Source of the DNA: a virus | Reading direction: 5' to 3' (one strand) | Virus record (IMG/VR): IMGVR_UViG_3300047471_000178 | Location: 1-64,000 of that record | DNA: 64,000 nucleotides | Program-made: the position numbers and the translations under genes | Notes under the pieces: generated by a model | Seen by the model: the letters and a program-made list of their open reading frames with translations, nothing else | What the model was told of the DNA's origin: nothing | Databases searched by the model: none | Part shown: positions 22,529 through 30,942 of the stretch, piece by piece | Layout: each line of letters opens with the position of its first letter | How positions within the stretch are numbered: the first letter of the stretch is position 1

Positions 22529-23632
22529 TCAAATGTCATCTGTTGCCCACTTCACAATCTCCCGCATATGCTTAAGATGCTTTGGCTTGGGATCGTAAGA
22601 ACATACCTCAAAGGTGATAAGTTCTTCATCCTCTAACTTCTCAGCAACTGGGCATGGACTTCCATTAAATATGCGATTGAGCGTCGGTGAGTAGCCCTTG
22701 CGGATTGGAAAGTTACAGGCCCACAACCTGTCAAGAATCTTCTGTCTTTCCCCGTCCAGTACCCTGAAGGCCGCGATATAATAAGAGTGAGTGCAGTCAA
22801 TATCCCTCTCAGGAGTAATAACCCAAGGAGAATAAAACATATCGATCATTTCTTCGGCGAGCGCTATTCTTCCCTTCATAATCACAGGAGCCTTGACTAG
22901 CTGGGCGCAGGCAATCGCAGCCGTAGGTTCTGTGATACGGAGGTTGAGCCCTGTCTGACTAGAGCCTCCCAACTCTCCGTGGTTGATCGCGCCTTGTAGT
23001 CTATGTGCCAGAGTGCTGTCGTTCGTAACAACAACGCCACCTTCACCTGCTTGGATGTGCTTGTGGATGTTGAGAGAGAAGACTCCGATGTGCCCGATGG
23101 TTCCGGCATAATGACCTCCCTCCCTGGCGAAGGGTGATTGAGCGTTGTCCTCAATCATAACAACTTTATTGGAGTCGCACCAAGAGCGAATGCATTGTAG
23201 GTAAGCTGGATGCCCAAATAAGTTCGTCACAATAATAGCCTTCGGGGGGGTAGAGCCGAAGTTGTTCATGTTTATCGAGAAGCGAGTCGTCTCGATGTCG
23301 ATGAACACAATATGTGCTCCTAACACCTTCGCACAGGCAGCCGTAGCAGACATACTGTATGCGGTCGTCCAGACCACCGAATCCGGGCCGATTCCAACGG
23401 CTAAACATGCTGCCAATAGTCCACTGGTTGCACTGTTACATGGTATAGCATGTTTGACCTTGAATGCATCGCACCATTCTGATGCCAACCGCTCGACCCA
23501 ATAACCACCTGTCGGAATGCCTCCGAGATATCCTGATAATGGCTTCCGCATTGCATCAACAATGTTGATTCCTTCTGTTCTTCCGATAGTGAAGAACTTT
23601 GGAAGCTGCTCTAGTGGAGACGGCCCATCCAT
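22529..23632 (-). CDS. pseC: DegT/DnrJ/EryC1-family sugar aminotransferase (PseC-like)
   Basis: Family-typical length and segments, for example 'AIPCNSATSGLLAACLA' and 'VFSLNIHKHIQAGEGGVVVTND' (PLP lysine context). Confidence 0.8.
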   Translation of the reverse strand: MDGPSPLEQLPKFFTIGRTEGINIVDAMRKPLSGYLGGIPTGGYWVERLASEWCDAFKVKHAIPCNSATSGLLAACLAVGIGPDSVVWTTAYSMSATAACAKVLGAHIVFIDIETTRFSINMNNFGSTPPKAIIVTNLFGHPAYLQCIRSWCDSNKVVMIEDNAQSPFAREGGHYAGTIGHIGVFSLNIHKHIQAGEGGVVVTNDSTLAHRLQGAINHGELGGSSQTGLNLRITEPTAAIACAQLVKAPVIMKGRIALAEEMIDMFYSPWVITPERDIDCTHSYYIAAFRVLDGERQKILDRLWACNFPIRKGYSPTLNRIFNGSPCPVAEKLEDEELITFEVCSYDPKPKHLKHMREIVKWATDDI

Positions 23633-23796
23633 TTGGTTACGCTCTTGTCGTATTGTATTATCTGCTTGGTAATCTGCTTGGCTTTGTGGGGATGATTCTG
23701 AAAGGCGAGAACCAATAACTTCATCCAGATTTTGTTGTTTTTGGTTCTGATACTTCTTATGCGGCGAACGATTTTTTCATTTGATAATCTTGGCAT
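23611..23796 (-). CDS. small basic protein (61 aa), uncertain
   Basis: ATG 23796 is preceded by GGGAGA. It fills the 124-nt gap between the pseB-like and pseC-like genes and overlaps both. Confidence 0.3.
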   Translation of the reverse strand: MPRLSNEKIVRRIRSIRTKNNKIWMKLLVLAFQNHPHKAKQITKQIIQYDKSVTKWMGRLH

Positions 23797-24713
23797 ACGA
23801 TCTCCCTTAGTTGCGGAACAGTAAGCCATTCCGAGTTGGTGTCGCTCGTGTAACGGAATCCCTCCCCGACTCTCAGGCCGAAATTTTCCTTGGATAGAGT
23901 AATAAGATAGTAGGGATGGAGGTCAAAGGCATGACGAGATTCATCCTCGGTCATAAGACATTCGTTAATCTTTTCTCCCGGCCTGATGCCGGTCACGATA
24001 TGATCGGTGTCAAATGCCGCTACCAAATCTATGATCTTGAAGGACGGTATCTTGGGGATGAATATCTCCCTTCCTACCATCGTCTTATGGCAGGTCAGAA
24101 CGAGATCGATGGCTTGATCCAGGGTAATATGGAACCGGGTCATCCTAACGTCTGTTACAGGTAATGGCTTGTTCTCTAAGGCAAGTTTCCTAAAGAAAGG
24201 AATAACACTACCACGGCTGCCAGCAACATTACCGTAGCGCACGACACTGAAGGCCGTGGCTCCGGCAGACAGAGCATTCGCTGCCACAAATACCTTTTCT
24301 GCCGCCAGTTTAGTTGCACCGTAAAGATTGATTGGATTGACAGCCTTATCAGTAGATAGGGCGATAACTCTCTTAACTCCTGATCTAATTGCTGCTTTTG
24401 CGACATTTTCGGCTCCTGTGACGTTGGTAGCCACCGCCTCTGTTGGATTGTATTCCAAGATTGGTACGATTTTTAGGGCTGCCGCATGAATGACTGTCTC
24501 AATGCCGTGCATGGCAAGCTCAAGTCTTCCCTGATCTCTAACATCACCAATGAAGTACCGCATACAGCTTTGCGGAAACTCCCGCGCCATAACGTCTTGT
24601 TTCTGTTCATCGCGGCTGTAGATCACCACGCGATCAGGGTTTGTTTTCAGGATTCTGCGGACGAAGGCATGACCGAATGAGCCGGTTCCCCCGGTGATTA
24701 AGACATTCTTCAC
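23757..24713 (-). CDS. pseB: UDP-GlcNAc 4,6-dehydratase (PseB/FlaA1-type short CapD-like)
   Basis: 'VLITGGTGSFGHAFVRRIL...VIYSRDEQKQ...YGATKLAAE'. GTG start overlaps the upstream stop (GTGA). Confidence 0.85.
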   Translation of the reverse strand: MKNVLITGGTGSFGHAFVRRILKTNPDRVVIYSRDEQKQDVMAREFPQSCMRYFIGDVRDQGRLELAMHGIETVIHAAALKIVPILEYNPTEAVATNVTGAENVAKAAIRSGVKRVIALSTDKAVNPINLYGATKLAAEKVFVAANALSAGATAFSVVRYGNVAGSRGSVIPFFRKLALENKPLPVTDVRMTRFHITLDQAIDLVLTCHKTMVGREIFIPKIPSFKIIDLVAAFDTDHIVTGIRPGEKINECLMTEDESRHAFDLHPYYLITLSKENFGLRVGEGFRYTSDTNSEWLTVPQLREIVCQDYQMKKSFAA

Positions 24714-26737
24714 GCTGTAGCCCTCAATGGTGTAGCTTCCACAACACTATCGCCAACAACACGAGAAATATCACCGCGCTGAAGGCAATCAGAAATGACA
24801 CGGAAGGTGTTATCATACGCGGTACATATCCTCTTGAACTCTGGTTCCTTATGAGCAAATGACAGGGCATTCGACGCAATGATAAGGACACCCTGTTGAG
24901 CCATCTCCATCATGAATAGTGACCTGATGTGATTGTTGAGGAAGGTGAGATGCTGGTTGGGATACCAGCCGTCAATCAGGATGTAGTCGCTTATTCCGGT
25001 ATGCTTCAATGAAGCTAGGATGTGACGCTCCAACCTAGCCCCCATCTTGCAAAGGTAGTCGCACACATTCTCTCGCTCGATCTTCTTGATGGTTGCGATG
25101 GCTGCTGCAATGGAAAGAGTCTCACCAAAGAAGGTGCCGGAGTAGAACACATCCGGTGAGTTCATCTTCTCCATGATGTTACGCTTACCGACTAGGGCTG
25201 ATATGGGCATTCCGTTCGCCATAGCTTTACCGAAGCAGGCGAGATCTGGTGTTACACCGTACAGAGCCTGTGCTCCGCCCATGTCATGGCGGAATCCGGT
25301 GATGATTTCGTCAAAGATCAGGACGATGCCGTGCTTGTCGCATGTTACACGCAGCCAATCCAAATATTCAGGATCATCAATGGGCTCTACGATGATAGCG
25401 GCGACTTCATCCATAACGTACGGGTGCATAAAATTATAAGGGAGAGAATTTATCTTTTTAGATGAAATTCTAGTTGTTAAAGTTCTTACATCTTCTGGGA
25501 TTCCAGCCCTTCTGTCAGTAGAAGAAATAGACCAGTCAGACCAACCGTGGTAGCCTCCAAGTAGAATATGTTCTCTGCCCGTGTAGGCCCTAGCTAACCT
25601 GACAGCCGCTGTTGTTACATCTGTTCCGGACTTGCCCAGTTTGACCATTTCTGCGCAGGGGATGTGCTTGCAGAGAAGCTCTGAGAGTTCGGACTCAAGC
25701 TCGGTGGCAAGGGAGAAGCTGATGCCGTTGTCGAGTTGCCTGCGAATAGATTCGTTAACGTCTGGATCGTTGTAGCCAAGAATGACAGGATACAGAGCGC
25801 CAACAAGATCGACGTAACGGCTCCCATCCACATCAAAGATATAACCACCATCACCATAGTTAGCGTATAGTGGGGAGCGACCTTCTGGGAACTGTATGTG
25901 ACTCTTGCTGAAGGTCTGGGCTCCAGTCGGAATGGTTTTGATGGCCCTGTTGAATACTCTGGCAGACTCTGTAAATGTTCGTGGGGATAGTCGCTCTTCT
26001 GATAGCGCTTCGTAAAACCTCTCATTGCGTATTCCTCCAGCATTTAGTTCTCTGATATTTGGATAATTGTCTAGGAAGTTACGGATATAGACGTAAGATG
26101 CTCCGGTGTGGGCGCATTTGGTAGCTACTGCTTTGCAGAACTCCCAATCTTTCTCGGTATCCAAAACCCACCGTTCCCTGTCCAATCCCGGCAGCGGGCA
26201 GGTCAGGTTGACCACCTTGAAACGTGATCTATTGCGAACAATGAATTGCGTAAGGCAGTCCCTATCGACCGGGCTAGTTGCTTCCTTCCATGCCGACTCC
26301 AGAGCGGCGAAGGTAAAGCACTCAGTATCAAGACCATCAGGATAAGTAGGGGGGTAGCAATTAGACGCATATGATGCATCCATCATCTCCCTTAGTTTGA
26401 TGACTTCATTGATGATACCTGGGTCAATGAATGGGCAATCACAGGTGAACCTGAGGACAATATCGGCCTGATATTGCTTTGCACACCAGTAATATCTGTC
26501 AAGAACATCCGTCTCACTGCCTCTGAAACATTCGATCTTATTCTCGTTACAGTATTGTTGTATGACATCATCTCTGTGATCTGTTGACGTTGCGATGACC
26601 ACTTCATCGATGAAGGCTGAACACCTGATGTTATCGTAGGCCCAGCGCAGGACAGGCTTGTTGCTAAGCTGGCGCATGACCTTCCCAGGTACGCGGGTAG
26701 AACCCATTCTTGCTTGGCAAATAGCTACTATTTTCAT
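24710..26737 (-). CDS. fusion protein: SpsF/CMP-sugar cytidylyltransferase-like N-domain plus class-III (GSA-type) aminotransferase C-domain
   Basis: N-domain: 'KIVAICQARMGSTRVPGKVMRQLSNKPVL'. C-domain: 'FDEIITGFRHDMGGAQALYGVTPDLACFGKAMANG'. Start ATG 26737 overlaps the upstream stop (ATGA). Confidence 0.75.
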   Translation of the reverse strand: MKIVAICQARMGSTRVPGKVMRQLSNKPVLRWAYDNIRCSAFIDEVVIATSTDHRDDVIQQYCNENKIECFRGSETDVLDRYYWCAKQYQADIVLRFTCDCPFIDPGIINEVIKLREMMDASYASNCYPPTYPDGLDTECFTFAALESAWKEATSPVDRDCLTQFIVRNRSRFKVVNLTCPLPGLDRERWVLDTEKDWEFCKAVATKCAHTGASYVYIRNFLDNYPNIRELNAGGIRNERFYEALSEERLSPRTFTESARVFNRAIKTIPTGAQTFSKSHIQFPEGRSPLYANYGDGGYIFDVDGSRYVDLVGALYPVILGYNDPDVNESIRRQLDNGISFSLATELESELSELLCKHIPCAEMVKLGKSGTDVTTAAVRLARAYTGREHILLGGYHGWSDWSISSTDRRAGIPEDVRTLTTRISSKKINSLPYNFMHPYVMDEVAAIIVEPIDDPEYLDWLRVTCDKHGIVLIFDEIITGFRHDMGGAQALYGVTPDLACFGKAMANGMPISALVGKRNIMEKMNSPDVFYSGTFFGETLSIAAAIATIKKIERENVCDYLCKMGARLERHILASLKHTGISDYILIDGWYPNQHLTFLNNHIRSLFMMEMAQQGVLIIASNALSFAHKEPEFKRICTAYDNTFRVISDCLQRGDISRVVGDSVVEATPLRATA

Positions 26738-27648
26738 AGTCCTGCCTGCTTTCTTACTTCGATGCATACCTTAAGAACCTCAAGACCTTCTTCTCCAGTG
26801 CAGCCGATAGTGTCCTTGCCATCGCATCGTGCAAGAAACGATTCCATTTCTTCCACATAATTTTCTTCCCAACTATCCTGCCCCTCGAATTGATCCATAA
26901 TCACCTCATCGGCTCTGCGTAACCATGCAAGACGATGCACCAGATCAGCAATGATGGTAGCCCCGGTTCCGACAATCAGGAACTGTCTTATTTCCGGTTG
27001 CGTGACATAATCGAGGTGAATCGACGTGCGACAACCATTCTCGTGGGTAAGGAGGATGTCTGAGATGTCATCCTTTCCATCGCTAAGGCGAGTAGCAGAA
27101 CCAGACACGTTCCCACTGCCAAGAAGATAAATGGCAAGATCAATTTCGTGACTCCAGTTGAGGACGACACCATCCCTGAGATACGGTGGCTTCTCGCTAT
27201 GCTGAGCGAGAGTGAAGTTAGACCAGAGAGTTTTGCCGATCATTCCGGCATCTAACCATTCCTTGGCCTTACGAACACAACTATGCCATCTGAGATTATA
27301 GCCTACCATCCATTTGTTATTTTTGTAGTCATGGTCTTTTAAGTGAGCTTTAATGTAGTCATAGGCAATCTGTGAATCAGCAATTGGTTTCTCTATAAAG
27401 ATGTTCTTCCCTGAGAATACAAGTGCTTTTAGGTGGTCAAAGTGCATCCGTGTCGGACTAGCAATAATAATTGGATCAGACATCTTAATGAGAAATTCCA
27501 AGTCGTCACAGGTCCATCCAGACTTCTTGGACTTGTCTGGGTCATAACCAATGACTTCGGTTTGACCGAGTTTCTGCCATAGGTTGGTAGCGTGGCGCTT
27601 ACCAATTGATCCAAGTCCTATCACGCCAATGGTTCTGACCTTAGTCAT
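26734..27648 (-). CDS. Gfo/Idh/MocA-family oxidoreductase
   Basis: 'VRTIGVIGLGSIGKRHATNL' is a Rossmann-type start. Start placed at 'MTKVRTIG' (alternative 27663). Confidence 0.75.
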   Translation of the reverse strand: MTKVRTIGVIGLGSIGKRHATNLWQKLGQTEVIGYDPDKSKKSGWTCDDLEFLIKMSDPIIIASPTRMHFDHLKALVFSGKNIFIEKPIADSQIAYDYIKAHLKDHDYKNNKWMVGYNLRWHSCVRKAKEWLDAGMIGKTLWSNFTLAQHSEKPPYLRDGVVLNWSHEIDLAIYLLGSGNVSGSATRLSDGKDDISDILLTHENGCRTSIHLDYVTQPEIRQFLIVGTGATIIADLVHRLAWLRRADEVIMDQFEGQDSWEENYVEEMESFLARCDGKDTIGCTGEEGLEVLKVCIEVRKQAGL

Positions 27649-28237
27649 GCAGCGGCCATCCATTGACGTTGTTTTTTTTCAGGATTGATACGGAGGTCTG
27701 GTCTTCTCCGGCTCCGTGCATGTAGCGACGGAATAGGGTGTATGCAGGATTCGCCAGCCAGAGCTGGGCGTGATCCATGTGGTAACTGAACAATCCTTGC
27801 CTGTGCTTATATTCGCGTCGGTACGAGTTCTCAGAATGGAAGTCATGGATGACGAGATAACCGTCGTCCTGAAGAACACGATCACCCTCCATCGCTATCC
27901 TGAACAGGTCCTCGCGGTCGCACAGGTACAAGCACCAACCGTAGATTACCACATCGAATCGTAGCTGTTTTATGGGCAGATCGTGCGCCATACCACGGAG
28001 AATGTTTCCTCCGGTCATGATGGCTGGCTCGATTCCGGTCGCCGCACACTTGAATTTCTTTTCCATGGTTTTTAGCCGCCATCCATTTGAGCAGCCAATC
28101 TCAAGGACGTTATTCGGCTTGATCTTGGAGAGGATCATTGCTTCCATAACCGGATCATCCTCTCCGGTCAGTTTGTCTATGTTTCGCTCAAGCCAAGCTG
28201 CGGCTTCGCCGTGGTAGAACGCTGATGATTGCCTCAT
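27641..28237 (-). CDS. class I SAM-dependent methyltransferase
   Basis: 'NVLEIGCSNGWRL' is motif I. Start ATG 28237 overlaps the upstream stop (ATGA). Confidence 0.7.
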   Translation of the reverse strand: MRQSSAFYHGEAAAWLERNIDKLTGEDDPVMEAMILSKIKPNNVLEIGCSNGWRLKTMEKKFKCAATGIEPAIMTGGNILRGMAHDLPIKQLRFDVVIYGWCLYLCDREDLFRIAMEGDRVLQDDGYLVIHDFHSENSYRREYKHRQGLFSYHMDHAQLWLANPAYTLFRRYMHGAGEDQTSVSILKKNNVNGWPLHD

Positions 28238-28728
28238 ATGAAACGCGCCCACATTGATTCGTCCACCAATTCATTGCCCACTAGGAAGTGCCATGAACGT
28301 CTGCCTTCTTCATGCATTTGCGTCTTGCGAAAGACATGGATCATGCCAATGTTGCAGGCCATTGTTCCTGCCTCTATCTTTCGTATTCCAGTGCTAAGCA
28401 ACCAATCGCAGAACGCCTTCCATGCTTCAGTCCCATATCCTTTGCCCCACACCTTACGTTCACCAATGAGGATGCCGACATCTGCTACGGAATTGGGATG
28501 GTCTATGTGGGCTGAGATAGTTCCAATGAGAGAGTTTCCATAGTGGATTTCCATGTACTTATGATGCTCCGACATCAGATTGATGTAGAACTTCTGCGAC
28601 TCTATGGAGTGGCTGCCGTGACGCTGTTCCGAATATCGCATTACGTCTTTGTCATTCAGCCACCCGACCACCCTTGGAATTGAATCCATCGACGGCGGAA
28701 GGAGTTTAAGATGGTGAGTGACAATCAT
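28234..28728 (-). CDS. GNAT N-acetyltransferase (PseH/RimL-like)
   Basis: 'VGILIGERKVWGKGYGTEAWKAFCDWL' is GNAT motif A. ATGA overlap upstream. Confidence 0.7.
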   Translation of the reverse strand: MIVTHHLKLLPPSMDSIPRVVGWLNDKDVMRYSEQRHGSHSIESQKFYINLMSEHHKYMEIHYGNSLIGTISAHIDHPNSVADVGILIGERKVWGKGYGTEAWKAFCDWLLSTGIRKIEAGTMACNIGMIHVFRKTQMHEEGRRSWHFLVGNELVDESMWARFI

Positions 28729-28883
28729 TTTTTGCGGTTATTCAGGTGTTGAATGAGGTCAGAAAGAACTTGCCAGATTATTAAGATTTCACCGTCGGCA
28801 TAGGATGCACTGCCAAGACTGCGCCTAGCTTTGAGTCTCTCCGATACTAGCTCCTCTAATCTATTCAACTTTTCTTTTGTCAT
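28725..28883 (-). CDS. small coiled protein (52 aa)
   Basis: Start moved to ATG 28883 ('MTKEKLNRLEELV'), preceded by GGAGG. Confidence 0.4.
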   Translation of the reverse strand: MTKEKLNRLEELVSERLKARRSLGSASYADGEILIIWQVLSDLIQHLNNRKK

Positions 28884-29193
28884 CGATCCTCCAGTTGCCG
28901 TATTTCTTTTTCGGTGTTGCTCCGATAGCGATGTAAGAGAATCCGCTACCAACCCCGTGGTCCCAACTGACATTTCCAACTCTATTGATTGGAGGACTTA
29001 TCCGTTTCTGGGTTAGGATAATCTTGCCCTGCTCCATGAGACTGTAGGCAACGACAGCGATGGTATTAGCCATCCCAGTAGGGTGTCTCAGTCTTTCTTC
29101 TTCCAGAAAGCCGGTGAAATAGACCAGTTTTTCTCCTGGTTCCAATTCGCGCAGGCGTCTGATGGTGTAATCATGCTCGGAGAGGAAATACAT
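28861..29193 (-). CDS. hypothetical protein (first gene of the leftward sugar operon)
   Basis: 110-aa ORF divergent from terL. Confidence 0.5.
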   Translation of the reverse strand: MYFLSEHDYTIRRLRELEPGEKLVYFTGFLEEERLRHPTGMANTIAVVAYSLMEQGKIILTQKRISPPINRVGNVSWDHGVGSGFSYIAIGATPKKKYGNWRIDDKRKVE

Positions 29194-29264
29194 TTGAGAT
29201 TTGATATGCCGTTGCTCTTGAGGACAACAACCATTATTGTCTAGTTTTACACCGGGAAATTTTT

Positions 29265-30938
29265 ATGAGTGGCTTGGTCCTTCGCAATGCCATCAATGTG
29301 ATAAAACGTATCCAAGAACGTGAGCTTGCGGAAAGCAGCCTTATCGACTTCTGCCAATACGTTTGGCCGGTAGTGGAACCAGCCATTCCGTTCATCCGTG
29401 GATGGGCTATCGAAGCGATAGCGACCCATCTTCAGGCTGTTACAGAAGGCCATATCAAGCGGCTGCTCATCAACGTACCTCCTGGATTCACCAAGAGCCT
29501 CCTGACGGATGTGATGTGGCCTGCATGGGAATGGGGGCCGCGTAACATGCCGTGGCTACGATATGTCTGCGCTTCATACTCTAACCATTTGACGGAACGC
29601 GATAATATGCGTTGCCGTAATATCGTTATAAGCGATCTTTATAAGAAGATGTGGGGCGACAGATTCAAGATATCGAATGAGCAATTTACCAAGATCAAGT
29701 TTGCTAACGACAGGACGGGCTGGAAGCTGGCTACCTCGGTAGGGGGTATCGGCGTCGGTGAGCGCGGTGACAGGTTCATCATCGACGATCCGAATAACAC
29801 CATGGATGTCGAGTCGGAACAGGTCCGATTCACCACAAATATGTGGTTCACGGAAGTTGTCCCCACCCGTCTGAACAACCCTGAAGAGAGTTCAATCGTA
29901 ATCATCCAGCAGAGGTTGCATGAGGACGACGTAAGTGGGACGGCCCTCTCCAGGGAGATGGGCTACACCCATCTCATGATCCCGATGGAACACGATATAT
30001 CCCGTCATTGCACCACGGTGATAGGAATAGATGAGTTAGATCAAGAGGTTATATGGGAAGACCCAAGGGTAGAAGATGGAGTCTTGGCGTGGCCGGAGAG
30101 GTTCACCGAGAAGGTTTGTGAGGATTACAAGCGGGACCAGGGTCCCCATGCTTGGGCCGGTCAGATGCAGCAGACCCCGGAACCAAGAGGCGGTTCCATC
30201 ATCAAGCGCGACTATTGGCAGCTATGGGACAAAGACTCCTACCCCCCATTCGAGTTCATTCTGGCCTCCCTGGATACAGCCTTTACCAGCAAAGAGGAGA
30301 ACGACCCCTCCGCTTTGACCATCTGGGGTGTCTTCCGAGAAGCTATTGCTATCAATGAGTTAGATGCATCGCAGACTGGGATGCTATGGATGCAAAGGAA
30401 TGGGCAGACGATCGTCCCGGTCGAGGGTAACCCCAAGATCATGCTGATCTATGCCTGGGAGGGAAGGCTGGAATTTAGCTTATTATTTCAAAAGGTTATA
30501 GACATATGCACGATGGGAACCATACCGAAGGACGTTCCACAGTTCCCTGTGGATAGATTACTCATCGAGGCCAAGGCTAATGGCATGTCGGTAGGGCACG
30601 AACTTATCCGCCTATTCAGCGGTACTGGTAAACTTGGAATCGAGCTTATCAACCCGAAGGTCTATGGGGACAAGGTGGCGAGGGTACAGTCTATTCAGCA
30701 CCTCTTCTCTGGTGGCATGATCTACACACCGGACAAGGCGTGGGCCGACATGATGATTAACCAAGCGGCGATCTTCCCCAAGGGATCGCACGACGACTTG
30801 GTGGATTCTATGTCGCAAGCTTTACGTTATTTGAGAGATCAAGGGTTTGCGCTTAATAGGAGCGAGTATCAGAGTGACGTGGAAGACGATTTAGCTTATA
30901 AGTCTCCAACGGCCAATATGCCGTTGTATCAGGTCTGA
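29265..30938 (+). CDS. terL: terminase large subunit
   Basis: 'INVPPGFTKS' is Walker-A-like, 'DRFIIDDPNN' is Walker B, and C-terminal 'GSHDDLVDSMSQAL' is a nuclease motif. Confidence 0.85.
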   Translation: MSGLVLRNAINVIKRIQERELAESSLIDFCQYVWPVVEPAIPFIRGWAIEAIATHLQAVTEGHIKRLLINVPPGFTKSLLTDVMWPAWEWGPRNMPWLRYVCASYSNHLTERDNMRCRNIVISDLYKKMWGDRFKISNEQFTKIKFANDRTGWKLATSVGGIGVGERGDRFIIDDPNNTMDVESEQVRFTTNMWFTEVVPTRLNNPEESSIVIIQQRLHEDDVSGTALSREMGYTHLMIPMEHDISRHCTTVIGIDELDQEVIWEDPRVEDGVLAWPERFTEKVCEDYKRDQGPHAWAGQMQQTPEPRGGSIIKRDYWQLWDKDSYPPFEFILASLDTAFTSKEENDPSALTIWGVFREAIAINELDASQTGMLWMQRNGQTIVPVEGNPKIMLIYAWEGRLEFSLLFQKVIDICTMGTIPKDVPQFPVDRLLIEAKANGMSVGHELIRLFSGTGKLGIELINPKVYGDKVARVQSIQHLFSGGMIYTPDKAWADMMINQAAIFPKGSHDDLVDSMSQALRYLRDQGFALNRSEYQSDVEDDLAYKSPTANMPLYQV

Positions 30939-30942
30939 ATAG

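Noticed and set aside
28861-28979. A +1 frameshift (matching quadruplet decoding by the tRNA-like genes) joining 28861..29193 to the overlapping +1-frame ORF 28725..28979.
   Set aside because: There is no in-frame GAG-G in the overlap. The downstream ORF has its own GGAGG plus ATG at 28883.
29247-29453. 68-aa minus-strand ORF at the start of terL.
   Set aside because: It lies entirely inside the terL coding region and the divergent promoter region, with no supporting signal.
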